From Nitrososphaerota archaeon (GTDB taxonomy: Archaea; Thermoproteota; EX4484-205; JAAOZP01), in NCBI GenBank assembly GCA_011605725.1, contig JAAOZP010000009.1:64001-128000 (forward strand): 64,000 nucleotides of DNA, written 5' to 3'. Positions 10,388 through 19,731 of this stretch are shown in pieces. A program made the translations under genes and the position numbers. Position 1 is the first letter of the stretch. Every line of letters begins with the position of its first letter. The notes under the pieces were generated by a model. It did no database searches. It was not told where the DNA came from and saw only the letters and a list, made by a program, of their open reading frames with translations.

Positions 10388-12108
10388 GCGAGGAGCTCCG
10401 CAACCTGATAGAGAGGCTTGCACTGGAGAACGCTTTAGCCTTTAACGGTGTAGCGAAGGCTGAGGCGGTACTGGGAAAACTTCTCGGGATGAATCCTGAC
10501 CTGAGGAGCAAGGTTAGAGAACTCATCCCTATTATTCAAGAGGTCACCGAGAAGGTTAACAGACTTACCGTGGCTGAGCAGGCTGAGATTCTCAAGAGGT
10601 TCGGAGGCATCCTGCGCGTCGAGAAGCCTTCAAAGCAGGAGCTCCCGCTTCTTCCCGAGGCAAGGGATTTCCCCCAAGTAGTATTAAGGTTCGCGCCAAA
10701 TCCTGATGGTCCCTTAACGCTGGGAAACGCGAGACCCGCAGTTCTCTGCGACTATTACGCTAGAAGGATGAATGGAAGGCTTATTCTGAGGTTTGAAGAC
10801 ACGTCTCCGTCGGTCAAGCCTCCTTTGAAAGAGGCTTACGACTGGATTATTGAAGACTTGGAGTGGCTGGGCATTCATCCGGATGAGGTATACTATCAGT
10901 CTGATAGGCTTCAAACATACTACAAGTATGCTGAAAAGTTTATTGAGAAGGGCTTCGCATACGTTTGCCTTTGTAAGCCTGAGGAATTCAGAAGTTTCGA
11001 AAAAAGGGGCGAGCCGTGTCCGCATAGGGATCAGGATCCAAGTTTAAGCCTAAGCCTCTGGGAGAAGATGCTGAACGGGGGTCTTAATCCTGGTGAGGCT
11101 GTTGTAAGGGTCAAGACTGATATGAAGCATCCTAATCCTGCGATTAGAGACTGGCCTGCATTAAGAATAGATGTTGCGAAGCATCCTAGGGTCGTGGGTT
11201 TCAGAGTCTGGCCGCTCTACAACTGGTCGTGCGCCATCGACGATTATGAGATGAGGGTTTCCCACGTGATAAGGGGTAAGGAGCATTTGACAAACGAGGT
11301 ACGCCAATCCTACGTTTTCAAATATTTGAACTCTCCGCAACCGGTTTCAATACATATAGGTAGGGTTAGGCTTGAGGGTAGTGTGTTAAGCAAGTCTAGG
11401 ATAATGAGGGGGCTGGCGGAGGGTGCTTACACTGGTCTGGATGATCCTAGGCTCGGCACGCTTAAGGCTTTGAGGAGGAGAGGATTCAAGCCTGAGGTGA
11501 TAAGGAGGGTTGTGCTTGAAATGGGTTTAAACATAACTGAGTCAACCGTTAAATGGGAGAACCTTTACGCTTACAACAGGGAGGCTGTAGACTGGGAGGC
11601 GGAGAGATACTATTTCGTGAAAAACCCGTTCACGATGATTGTCAGAAGCATTCCTCAGCAGGTTGAGGCGAGGCTTGTAAGACACCCGAGTAGGCCTGAG
11701 CTTGGATACAGGAACATTGTTTTAAAGCCTTTAAACGGAGAGGCTCAGCTCATTGTTTCCTCGAAAGACGTTGAAAACCTGGCGCCTGGTTCAAGGCTTA
11801 GGCTGATGTCGCTTTTCAACATTGAGGTTGAGCATGTCGATCCGCATAGTAAGACGGTTAAAGCGTTTTTCAAGAGTCTAGAGGTTCCTGAAAAGTCATC
11901 CGGGATAAAGCTTATCCACTGGGTTCTTCCCAGTGACGCTGTGAAAACAGTAGTCTTAATGCCTGACGCGAGTCTTGTCGAGGGCTTGGGCGAATCCCAT
12001 TTAACACGGCTTGAGCCGGGCAGAATTATTCAGCTGGTTCGATTCGGCTTCTGCAAGGTGGAGAAGGTTTCGAAGAACGTTGTCAACCTGGTTTTTTCAC
12101 ACCCTTAG
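10384..12108 (+). CDS. gltX: glutamyl-tRNA synthetase
   Basis: LRFAPNPDGPLTLGNAR, ILRFEDT, HVIRGKEH, LSKS. Confidence 0.96.
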   Translation: MSEELRNLIERLALENALAFNGVAKAEAVLGKLLGMNPDLRSKVRELIPIIQEVTEKVNRLTVAEQAEILKRFGGILRVEKPSKQELPLLPEARDFPQVVLRFAPNPDGPLTLGNARPAVLCDYYARRMNGRLILRFEDTSPSVKPPLKEAYDWIIEDLEWLGIHPDEVYYQSDRLQTYYKYAEKFIEKGFAYVCLCKPEEFRSFEKRGEPCPHRDQDPSLSLSLWEKMLNGGLNPGEAVVRVKTDMKHPNPAIRDWPALRIDVAKHPRVVGFRVWPLYNWSCAIDDYEMRVSHVIRGKEHLTNEVRQSYVFKYLNSPQPVSIHIGRVRLEGSVLSKSRIMRGLAEGAYTGLDDPRLGTLKALRRRGFKPEVIRRVVLEMGLNITESTVKWENLYAYNREAVDWEAERYYFVKNPFTMIVRSIPQQVEARLVRHPSRPELGYRNIVLKPLNGEAQLIVSSKDVENLAPGSRLRLMSLFNIEVEHVDPHSKTVKAFFKSLEVPEKSSGIKLIHWVLPSDAVKTVVLMPDASLVEGLGESHLTRLEPGRIIQLVRFGFCKVEKVSKNVVNLVFSHP

Positions 12109-12176
12109 AAGGTTCAAGTTTAAGTTTTTATACCCCTCTGTCCCCGTCTGTGGAAGGGTAGAGGTGCTTAACGGAA

Positions 12177-12569
12177 ATGGTTAGGGTTACAACGGCTGAC
12201 TACGAGCCGAGTAAAGAACTTGTTGAAGAGGCTTTAGAGCTGCTTAGAATCGCCTCCAAGACTGGTAAGGTTAAAAGAGGCACCAATGAAACCACGAAAG
12301 CCCTTGAAAGAGGAGTTGCTAAACTAGCGTACGTGGCTGATAACACTGACCCTGTTGAGGTGGTGCTCCACATACCTTTACTAAGCAGGGATAGGAAAAT
12401 CCCTTACATAGTTGTTCCGGATAAGAAACAGCTGGGTGAGGCTGCTGGGCTCTCTAACGTTTCAGCCGCGGCCGTGGCGATAATAGACCCGGGTGAAGCT
12501 GCTCCAATGCTTGAAAGCGTGGTTAAGAAGATAGAGTCTGCAAGGGCTAAGGCTGGGGGAAGCGGTTGA
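12177..12569 (+). CDS. rpl7ae: 50S ribosomal protein eL8/L7Ae
   Basis: [24 protein letters not shown]. Confidence 0.96.
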   Translation: MVRVTTADYEPSKELVEEALELLRIASKTGKVKRGTNETTKALERGVAKLAYVADNTDPVEVVLHIPLLSRDRKIPYIVVPDKKQLGEAAGLSNVSAAAVAIIDPGEAAPMLESVVKKIESARAKAGGSG

Positions 12570-12772
12570 GCGAAGAAGCTACTCCGGCAGAGGTTGTCGA
12601 ACTGGTGGCGAGATCAGGCGCCTCGGGCGAGGTTACTCAAGTTAGGGTCAGGATTCTCTCGGGCAGGGATAGGGGCAGAGTTATTCTTAGAAACGTGCGG
12701 GGCCCGGTTAGGGTTGGAGACATACTTATGCTTAGGGAGACTGAGAGGGAGGCTAGAAGGTTCTCGGGGTGA
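12566..12772 (+). CDS. rps28e: 30S ribosomal protein eS28
   Basis: [24 protein letters not shown]. Confidence 0.97.
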   Translation: MSEEATPAEVVELVARSGASGEVTQVRVRILSGRDRGRVILRNVRGPVRVGDILMLRETEREARRFSG

Positions 12773-12778
12773 TGAGCC

Positions 12779-12973
12779 ACGCCCACAGCCTTCAAGTGTA
12801 GCTTCTGCAACAGGACGTTCCTGATCGGGGAGGGCATACTTTATGTTAAGAAGGATGGAAGCATCTTAAGGTTTTGCAGCTCCAAGTGTTTCAGGAACTC
12901 TGTGAAACTAGGTAGGAATCCTAGAAAGGTTAAGTGGGTAACCAGTAAAACGCGGACTGGAGGCACGTCTTAA
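12779..12973 (+). CDS. rpl24e: 50S ribosomal protein eL24 (absent from the ORF track; apparent ACG start)
   Basis: Manual translation (M)[54 protein letters not shown]; in-frame TGA at 12773-12775 blocks upstream starts. Confidence 0.93.
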   Translation, partial: TPTAFKCSFCNRTFLIGEGILYVKKDGSILRFCSSKCFRNSVKLGRNPRKVKWVTSKTRTGGTS

Positions 12974-13629
12974 TGAGGCTTGTGATCTTCGGCCCGCCTG
13001 GCTCAGGCAAGGGAACGTATGCTTCAAGGCTTGCTCCGAGGCTCGGGGTACCGCATATTTCAACCGGGGACATTTTGAGGGATGAAGTGAAGAGCGGCTC
13101 AGAGCTGGGTAAAAACATATCGAGCTATGTTTCAAGCGGGAAACTTGTTCCAGACGAGGTTGTGAACAGGGTTATGGAGAAAAGGCTTTCACAGGAAGAC
13201 TGTAAGAGAGGCTTCATACTTGACGGTTACCCGAGGACACTGAAACAGGCTTTTTTCTTGGAAAAGATTTCGAAAATAGATTTCGTGGTAAACCTGAATG
13301 TTCCGGATGAGGTTATAGTCAGACGCTTGTCTTCAAGGCTTGTCTGCAGGAGATGTGGTGCAATATACAATAGGATAACGCTTCCGCCTAAGGTTGACGG
13401 TGTCTGCGACAAGTGTGGAGGAGAGCTTTATCAGAGGGATGACGATAAGCCTGAAGTAGTAAGAGAAAGGATAAGAGTGTATAAGAATGAGGCTGCTCCG
13501 CTGCTTGAACACTATCGTAAGTCCGGGGTGGCGGTAATTGATTTCTACTATGAACCTGATGAGACTGGTGGCGATGTTTCGCCAGACACCGTTGTAGACA
13601 GGATTATTAAGGCTCTTAAAGGCTCTTAA
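12973..13629 (+). CDS. adk: adenylate kinase, bacterial-type with zinc LID
   Basis: GPPGSGKGT, HISTGDILR, FILDGYPRT, CRRC...CDKC, QRDDD. Confidence 0.95.
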   Translation: MRLVIFGPPGSGKGTYASRLAPRLGVPHISTGDILRDEVKSGSELGKNISSYVSSGKLVPDEVVNRVMEKRLSQEDCKRGFILDGYPRTLKQAFFLEKISKIDFVVNLNVPDEVIVRRLSSRLVCRRCGAIYNRITLPPKVDGVCDKCGGELYQRDDDKPEVVRERIRVYKNEAAPLLEHYRKSGVAVIDFYYEPDETGGDVSPDTVVDRIIKALKGS

Positions 13630-13803
13630 AGCTGTTTTTCACTGTATCCTTTGAATGCTTCAAAAGCTTTAATCGCGGGGAGGACGCGTTTTAGGACTAG
13701 TATTCGTTTCGCAAAACCTCCTGCTTCCTTGCCTTATGCTAAAAAGAAGTAGATAGAGATTAATACTTCTGCTCCACCAATGTCTCCAGGGTGTGGTAAG
13801 CAG

Positions 13804-15573
13804 ATGGGCGTTAGGGAGCCTATTGTAGTTGTGCTGGGGCATGTTGACAGCGGCAAGACTTCTCTACTGGATAAGATACGGGGCACTTTCGTTGCGATGA
13901 GGGAGGCCGGTGGAATTACTCAACACGTCGGAGCAAGCCTGATTCCGGCTGAAGTCATAGTTAGAGTCGCGAAAACACTTAACATAAGGCTTGAAGAGAA
14001 GCTTAGGGTCCCCGGCATACTTTTCATCGACACTCCTGGGCACGAGGCTTTCGTAAACCTTAGGAGAAGAGGCGGGTCCATCGCGGACTTCGCCATTCTC
14101 GTGATAGACCTGGTTAAAGGGGTTGAGCCTCAAACCGTTGAGTCCCTGGACATCCTTAGGACTAGAAGAACCCCTTTTCTGATTGCAGCCAATAAGATTG
14201 ACCTTCTTCCAGGATGGAGGCCACAAGGGGTTTTAAGCGTGCTTCAATCCCTCTCGAAACAGGATGAGCGGGTTAGACGTAGCTTAGACGAGCATCTCTA
14301 CAGGATAATCGGAGACCTTTCAACAATGGGCTTCAGGTCTGACAGGTTCGACAGGCTGACGGATTTCAGAAGGAATGTTGCAATAGTGCCTGTCAGCGCG
14401 TTAACAGGGGAAGGAGTCTCGGAGCTTATAGCTGTCTTAATAGGGCTTGTCCAACAGTTTCTCATAAGTGGCCTCGAATACACGGAGGGTCCTGCCAGAG
14501 GTGTTGTACTGGAGGTTGTTGAAGAAATGGGGATGGGTATTACTGTCAACGCAATTATTTTCGACGGTGTGCTGAGAAGCGGTGACACAATTGTGCTGAT
14601 GGGTTTGAACAAGCCGATCGTCACAAAGGTAAGGGCCCTGCTTATGCCTAAGCCTCTTGACGAGATGAGGGATCCGAGAGACAGGTTCAACCAGGTTGAG
14701 GAGGTAAGGCCATCAGCTGGAGTTAAGATTGTTGCACCAAATCTTGAGGATGCTCTACCGGGCTCTCCGCTTACCGTAGCCTCCGGGAACATTGAGGAGG
14801 CTGTTGAAAAAATCAGGGCTGAGGTGGAGTCGATTAGGATTAGAAGTGGAGAGGAAGGTGTTGTGGTTAAGGCGGATACGCTAGGTTCTCTCGAAGCCAT
14901 AGTCGGGGAGCTTGAGAAAAAGAGTGTTCCTGTCAGGCTTGGAGACCTGGGTCCAGTTTCCGAGAGGGATGTGATTGAAGCCTCTATTTCCTCGAAGGAT
15001 CCGACGCTCAGGGTCCTGTTAGCGTTCAACGTTAGACTGATGCCTGAAGCAGTTGAGGAGGCTAGGAGGAGGAACGTCCCGGTTTTCCAGGGAAAGATTA
15101 TCTACAGGTTGATCGAAGAGTTTTTAGAATGGCGTAGGCTGGAGAAGCAGAGGGAGGCAAGCATGCAGCTTGAGCAAATCATACTTCCCGGCAGGATTAG
15201 AATCCTGCCTGCATACGTCTTCAGAAGGAGTAAGCCTGCGATAGTCGGCGTTAAGGTTGAAGCAGGCTGTATAAAGCCGGGCTACCCGTTGATCAATAGT
15301 AAGGGTGAGAAAATAGGTGTTATCGAGCAGATTCAGAAGGAGGGTAAGAGCATTCCTAAGGCTGAGGCTGGGGAGGAGGTTGCGATCTCTATACCTGAAG
15401 GAATAGTCGGTAGAAACCTGAGGGAGGATGATGTTCTACTCGTCGACGTGCCGAGTAAGGATGCTTCGCTGGTAAACAGAGTTTTCAAGGAGCAATTGGA
15501 GCCTCATTATTTTCAGGCGCTGGATGAAGTCACTAGGCTGAAAAAGAAGGAAAACCCGTTTTACGGGCTATAG
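13804..15573 (+). CDS. infB: translation initiation factor aIF5B/IF-2
   Basis: LGHVDSGKT, EAGGITQH, DTPGHEAF, NKID. Confidence 0.97.
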   Translation: MGVREPIVVVLGHVDSGKTSLLDKIRGTFVAMREAGGITQHVGASLIPAEVIVRVAKTLNIRLEEKLRVPGILFIDTPGHEAFVNLRRRGGSIADFAILVIDLVKGVEPQTVESLDILRTRRTPFLIAANKIDLLPGWRPQGVLSVLQSLSKQDERVRRSLDEHLYRIIGDLSTMGFRSDRFDRLTDFRRNVAIVPVSALTGEGVSELIAVLIGLVQQFLISGLEYTEGPARGVVLEVVEEMGMGITVNAIIFDGVLRSGDTIVLMGLNKPIVTKVRALLMPKPLDEMRDPRDRFNQVEEVRPSAGVKIVAPNLEDALPGSPLTVASGNIEEAVEKIRAEVESIRIRSGEEGVVVKADTLGSLEAIVGELEKKSVPVRLGDLGPVSERDVIEASISSKDPTLRVLLAFNVRLMPEAVEEARRRNVPVFQGKIIYRLIEEFLEWRRLEKQREASMQLEQIILPGRIRILPAYVFRRSKPAIVGVKVEAGCIKPGYPLINSKGEKIGVIEQIQKEGKSIPKAEAGEEVAISIPEGIVGRNLREDDVLLVDVPSKDASLVNRVFKEQLEPHYFQALDEVTRLKKKENPFYGL

Positions 15574-15684
15574 TGTTAAACGGGTGTAAATGGGTTTTTA
15601 GCACGAGCCATCTTAAGGTTTTAAACGCTGGTGAAGCCTTGCTTAGGTAATGTTTTAATACTGGTTTAATAGTCATAGTGCTGC

Positions 15685-16020
15685 ATGCCCCCCGAATTCA
15701 AACTATGCATATCTGACCCTAAGCGTGGTAAAACCGAGTCGGTTAAGCTCGAGGGAAGCAACGCTGTCCCTCTGCTTGGCTTAAAGATAGGGAGTATTGT
15801 AGACGGTTCTATCGTCGGTAAACCTGGGGTTAAGCTGATGATAACCGGTGGGTCAGACAGGTCTGGTATACCAATGGTTTCCTCCGTGCAGGGCGGTGTT
15901 AAAAAGGAGATCTGGGTTAGGAAGAAGAGTGTCGTAGGTGAAACAAGGAGGAAAATGCTGGTGAGAGGCAATCAGGTTTCTGAAGAGATCTACCAGATTA
16001 ACATGAAGATCGTCTCGTGA
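15685..16020 (+). CDS. rps6e: 30S ribosomal protein eS6
   Basis: FKLCISDPK, ITGGSDRSGIPM, QINMKI. Confidence 0.94.
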   Translation: MPPEFKLCISDPKRGKTESVKLEGSNAVPLLGLKIGSIVDGSIVGKPGVKLMITGGSDRSGIPMVSSVQGGVKKEIWVRKKSVVGETRRKMLVRGNQVSEEIYQINMKIVS

Positions 16021-16111
16021 ACGCTTGAAAACCAAGTTTGTATGAGCATCAAGTCCGTATAATCATCACATTTAAAGATTATAAATAGGCTCTGAGCTAT
16101 CGTGTCGGAGT

Positions 16112-17404
16112 ATGTCACAGTCAGACGAGTCCATGAAGACGATTGTTTCTTCTTCAGATAAAGAAATAGATAATTATAGATTTATTCAACCATGTTTAAA
16201 TTTAGGAACTTTGGGTCATGTCGACCATGGGAAGACCACTCTCGTCCAAGCTATTACAGGAGTTTGGACGAGCAAGCATAGTGATGAGTTGAAGAGAGGT
16301 ATTACGATTAAGCTCGGCTATGCGAACTTCGCTGTTTTCCAATGTCCGAAATGTCCTCCCCCGTACAACTTCACAACTTCTCCACGGTGCTCATGCGGGT
16401 CTGAGGCTGTCTTCCAGAGAAAGATAAGCATCGTGGATTCGCCTGGCCACGAGATACTTATGACGACCATGCTGAGCGGCGCTGCTGTTATGGATGCCGC
16501 AATACTTGTGATCGGTGCAGACGAGGTTTGCCCGCAGCCCCAGACATATGAGCACCTTTTAGCTGCTGAGATAATGGGGATTAAGAGGCTAATCGTTGTC
16601 CAGAACAAGATTGACATAGTTTCTAGGGAGCGGGCCTTGAAAAACCTGGAGGAGATTAAGAGCTTTCTTTCTGAGACAAGGTTCGCCGACGCCACTATAG
16701 TACCAATGTCTGCGCAACATAAGGTTAACGTAGACGTGTTGCTTTACGTTATTCAGAAAGAAGTTCCTACACCGGTTTTCGACCTAAACTCTCCGGCAAG
16801 AATGATTGTCATAAGGTCTTTCGACGTTAACAGGCCTGGTATTCCGGTCAGGGATATGCGTGGCGGTATACTGGGTGGTTCAATCATCAGGGGGGAGATA
16901 AGGGTTGGCGACGAGATTGAAATACTGCCTGGTCTAAGGGTTAAGAAGGATGATACTGTTGAAACAGTGCCGCTTGTTGCGGAAGTGGTTTCAGTGGGTT
17001 TCGACAATGTTTTTGTTGAAAGCGTTAGAAGCGGGGGTCTCGTTGGAATTGGAACAACTCTAGATCCTTCTCTAACTAAGAATGACCTGCTGGTTGGAAA
17101 CATGGCTGGGAAACCCGGTACGCTACCGCCTGTTACACGAAGCATCACTTTAGAGTACAGCATGTTTGAGAGGGTTGTCGGCGTCAGGGGTCTTGTGAAG
17201 ACGGAACCCATCCGAACCGGGGAGGTTTTGAACGTTAACGTCGGTTCAGCTTTGACACAGGCTGTTGTGAAAGATGTTAAGGATAACAGGATTAACCTAA
17301 GCCTTAAGATGCCTGTTTGCGCGGAGAAGGGTCAAAGAGTTGCGGTAAGCAGGCTTGTCGAGAGGCGCTGGAGGCTTATTGGACACGGTGTGCTTATCGG
17401 TTGA
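16112..17404 (+). CDS. eif2g: translation initiation factor aIF2 gamma
   Basis: GHVDHGKTT, RGITIKLGYA, DSPGHE, WRLIGHG. Confidence 0.97.
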   Translation: MSQSDESMKTIVSSSDKEIDNYRFIQPCLNLGTLGHVDHGKTTLVQAITGVWTSKHSDELKRGITIKLGYANFAVFQCPKCPPPYNFTTSPRCSCGSEAVFQRKISIVDSPGHEILMTTMLSGAAVMDAAILVIGADEVCPQPQTYEHLLAAEIMGIKRLIVVQNKIDIVSRERALKNLEEIKSFLSETRFADATIVPMSAQHKVNVDVLLYVIQKEVPTPVFDLNSPARMIVIRSFDVNRPGIPVRDMRGGILGGSIIRGEIRVGDEIEILPGLRVKKDDTVETVPLVAEVVSVGFDNVFVESVRSGGLVGIGTTLDPSLTKNDLLVGNMAGKPGTLPPVTRSITLEYSMFERVVGVRGLVKTEPIRTGEVLNVNVGSALTQAVVKDVKDNRINLSLKMPVCAEKGQRVAVSRLVERRWRLIGHGVLIG

Positions 17405-17790
17405 TGGTTCTCCTCGACTCTAGCGCTCTGCTGGCTCCATTCGAAACCGGGGTTGATTTCATAAACGGAATAACTGGGTTGACTCAAGGCAGAACATTGT
17501 TCCTAATACCTTTCGAAACGCTTATAGAGCTTAAGAGACTGAGCATTAATGGGCCTAGGCTTTCCGGTATGGCTAGGCTAGCCCTATCTGTTGCAAGCGG
17601 TTTCAGAACACTGCTTCCAACCGGTATGAGCTGTGACGATGCACTCGTTTACCTTGCAAAAACTTATAAGGCTGGTGTGGCAACAGCCGACAGGACGTTA
17701 AGCAGGAGGCTTAGAGCCTTGGGTATACCTGTTTTCTATCCTTCGGGGGGAAGAAGGATAGTTGGGAAAGGATGGTTCGAAAAGGGGTGA
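17404..17790 (+). CDS. Fcf1/Utp24-like PIN-domain protein
   Basis: VLLDSSAL, CDDAL, VATADRTL; conserved position between eif2g and rpoE1. Confidence 0.85.
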   Translation: MVLLDSSALLAPFETGVDFINGITGLTQGRTLFLIPFETLIELKRLSINGPRLSGMARLALSVASGFRTLLPTGMSCDDALVYLAKTYKAGVATADRTLSRRLRALGIPVFYPSGGRRIVGKGWFEKG

Positions 17791-17796
17791 TGAGGG

Positions 17797-18378
17797 TTAT
17801 TCAAGATAATCGAGCTTGAAGACGTGGTGAAGGTTCCGCCTTCCAGGCTCGGCGACCCTGTTGATGAAATTTTCAAAAACGTTCTTAAAGACAGGTATGA
17901 GGGTATGGTTATAGAGGGAATCGGATACATAATTCTGCTGGTGGATTACGACTTTAACCCAGTGGGTCAGATATCCCCTGGGGACGGTCACAGCTATCAC
18001 AAGGTTAGGGTGAAGGTGCTCTCCTATTATCCGGAGGTTAACGAGGTTGTTGAGGGGAGAGTTGTCGAAGTGGAGGAGTTCGGGGTTTTCGTGAGGCTCG
18101 TGACCACTGACGCTTTAATGCACGTGAGTCAGATTACTGACGATTACATGGATTACAATAGTTCCCAGGGCATTCTCGTCGGGAGACAGACTAAGAGGAT
18201 AATTCAGAAGAACGATTGGGTTAGGGCTAGGGTGGCTGCAGTATCTATAGGCAGGGGAGCCATGACTGACAAGATTGGGTTAACCGCTAGACAGCCCTTC
18301 CTGGGGAAGATCGAGTGGATTGAAGAGGACATTAGGAGGCTGGCTGGTGAGAAGCCTAAGCAGGAGGCTAAGGCTTAA
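17797..18378 (+). CDS. rpoE1: RNA polymerase subunit Rpo7/E' (apparent TTA start)
   Basis: (M)FKIIELEDVVKVPP, EVVEGRV, MHVSQI, GLTARQPFLGKIEW; in-frame TGA at 17791-17793. Confidence 0.95.
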   Translation, partial: LFKIIELEDVVKVPPSRLGDPVDEIFKNVLKDRYEGMVIEGIGYIILLVDYDFNPVGQISPGDGHSYHKVRVKVLSYYPEVNEVVEGRVVEVEEFGVFVRLVTTDALMHVSQITDDYMDYNSSQGILVGRQTKRIIQKNDWVRARVAAVSIGRGAMTDKIGLTARQPFLGKIEWIEEDIRRLAGEKPKQEAKA

Positions 18379-18563
18379 TGCCTCTCAAAGCATGTTTAAA
18401 CTGTAAAATGATAAGCGACTCACCTAAGTGTCCAAACTGCGGTGGAGAAGAGTTTACGCAAGAGTGGAGTGGCGAGGTTCTTGTTTTCAACCCTGAAGCT
18501 TCTTCAATAGCTAAACTCATTGGGGCAAGGGTTCCGGGAAGATACGCAGTGAGGCTGAAATAA
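18378..18563 (+). CDS. spt4: transcription elongation factor Spt4 (RpoE2)
   Basis: KACLNC...CPNCG...WSG...PGRYAVR. Confidence 0.95.
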   Translation: MPLKACLNCKMISDSPKCPNCGGEEFTQEWSGEVLVFNPEASSIAKLIGARVPGRYAVRLK

Positions 18564-18565
18564 GT

Positions 18566-19063
18566 GTGTTAAAAGCTTCTGAGGAAACCAGGAGGATAGT
18601 TAGAAAACCACTGGGAGTTCTGCTTGATACGGAGGAGTTGAGAAGGAGGCTTAAAGGGTTCAACGGGATCGTTATCTCTGTTGGCGACGTTGTTTCCCAA
18701 AGCCTTTTAGAAATGGGCTTTAAACCAAGTGTCTGCGTGGTTGACGGGAAAACTCTGCGGACATGTGCTCATAGTGTTGAACGCTTCCAGCAGGGAAGAA
18801 TTGTCTTGAAGCTTGTTAACCCTCCTGGAACAATATCCGAGGAGTCTTGGAGCATCTTTAAACAGGCTCTCGACTCACAGCCATCGACGATACTGGTTGA
18901 AGGCGAGGAGGATCTTCTTACGCTTGTAGCTGTTGAAACAGCACCCTATGGTTCCCTAGTGGTATACGGGCAGCCGGGAGAGGGTGTGGTGCTGATAGAG
19001 GTTAACGAGTCTTCTAAAAAAATGGTCCTGGAAATCGTTGGAACTATGGAGGCATGCGGCTAG
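18566..19063 (+). CDS. DUF359 family GTP-dependent dephospho-CoA kinase
   Basis: SVGDVVS, VVDGKTLR, NPPGTI, EGEEDL, YGQPGEG. Confidence 0.9.
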   Translation: MLKASEETRRIVRKPLGVLLDTEELRRRLKGFNGIVISVGDVVSQSLLEMGFKPSVCVVDGKTLRTCAHSVERFQQGRIVLKLVNPPGTISEESWSIFKQALDSQPSTILVEGEEDLLTLVAVETAPYGSLVVYGQPGEGVVLIEVNESSKKMVLEIVGTMEACG

Positions 19064-19196
19064 CTGCTGCCGTCAGGCTTCCCACCAATCCGTATCAAGC
19101 ATTCCCCATGCTTCTTGTAGATTTCCCCTTACGGCGGCTTCCTGCATCATCTACAGTAATGTTTAAAGCCTGACTAGTGGGGGGAAGCATAGCCAC

Positions 19197-19556
19197 ATGA
19201 TGGAGATCAGAATAATTAAGGAAACCGAGAACCCTCTTTTAAAAAGGAGGGAAATAGTGTTTGAGATCCAGCATCCCAAGGGTAGGACGCCCACTATTGC
19301 TGAAGCAAGGGAGGCGGTTTCAGCTTTAAAAAAGACTCCCGTCGAAGCAGTATACGTGAGAAATCTTAAAAGCGTTTCAGGCAGACAATCGTCAATCGGA
19401 GAGGCGCATGTCTATTTTTCAACGGAGGACGCTAGGATCGAGCCCATGCACGTTAGGGTTGCTAACCTGCCTCCTGACGAGAAGAAGCGTAGGAAAGAGG
19501 AGCTTAAGAAGATGAGGATGGAGATGAAGGCTAAGGCAGCTGGTGGTAAGAAATGA
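19197..19556 (+). CDS. rps24e: 30S ribosomal protein eS24
   Basis: [16 protein letters not shown]. Confidence 0.94.
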   Translation: MMEIRIIKETENPLLKRREIVFEIQHPKGRTPTIAEAREAVSALKKTPVEAVYVRNLKSVSGRQSSIGEAHVYFSTEDARIEPMHVRVANLPPDEKKRRKEELKKMRMEMKAKAAGGKK

Positions 19557-19714
19557 AGGACACCTTAAAATACTACGAGGTTGACGTAAGTAAATCCTCT
19601 GTAAGGCTTAGGAACAGGAAATGCCCACGGTGCGGCAGGGTTATGGCATTCCATAGAGAGGGCAAGCCGAGATGGCACTGCGGCGCATGCAACTATACTG
19701 AGTTCCAGAGGTAA
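19553..19714 (+). CDS. rps27ae: 30S ribosomal protein eS31/S27ae (below ORF-track cutoff)
   Basis: Manual translation [53 protein letters not shown]; ATGA overlap with rps24e. Confidence 0.93.
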   Translation: MKDTLKYYEVDVSKSSVRLRNRKCPRCGRVMAFHREGKPRWHCGACNYTEFQR

Positions 19715-19731
19715 GGAGGAGCGTCTAGCCT

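Noticed and set aside
10705-10735. GluRS HIGH motif reads TLGN
   Set aside because: Degenerate HIGH motifs are already known in archaeal GluRS.
14298-15029. Long antisense ORFs such as this 243-aa one, and many others in the ORF track
   Set aside because: They shadow well-identified genes on the opposite strand and carry no recognisable motifs.
19064-19196. Hairpins in the spacer before rps24e
   Set aside because: Short stems compatible with chance or a terminator; no complete sRNA box set.
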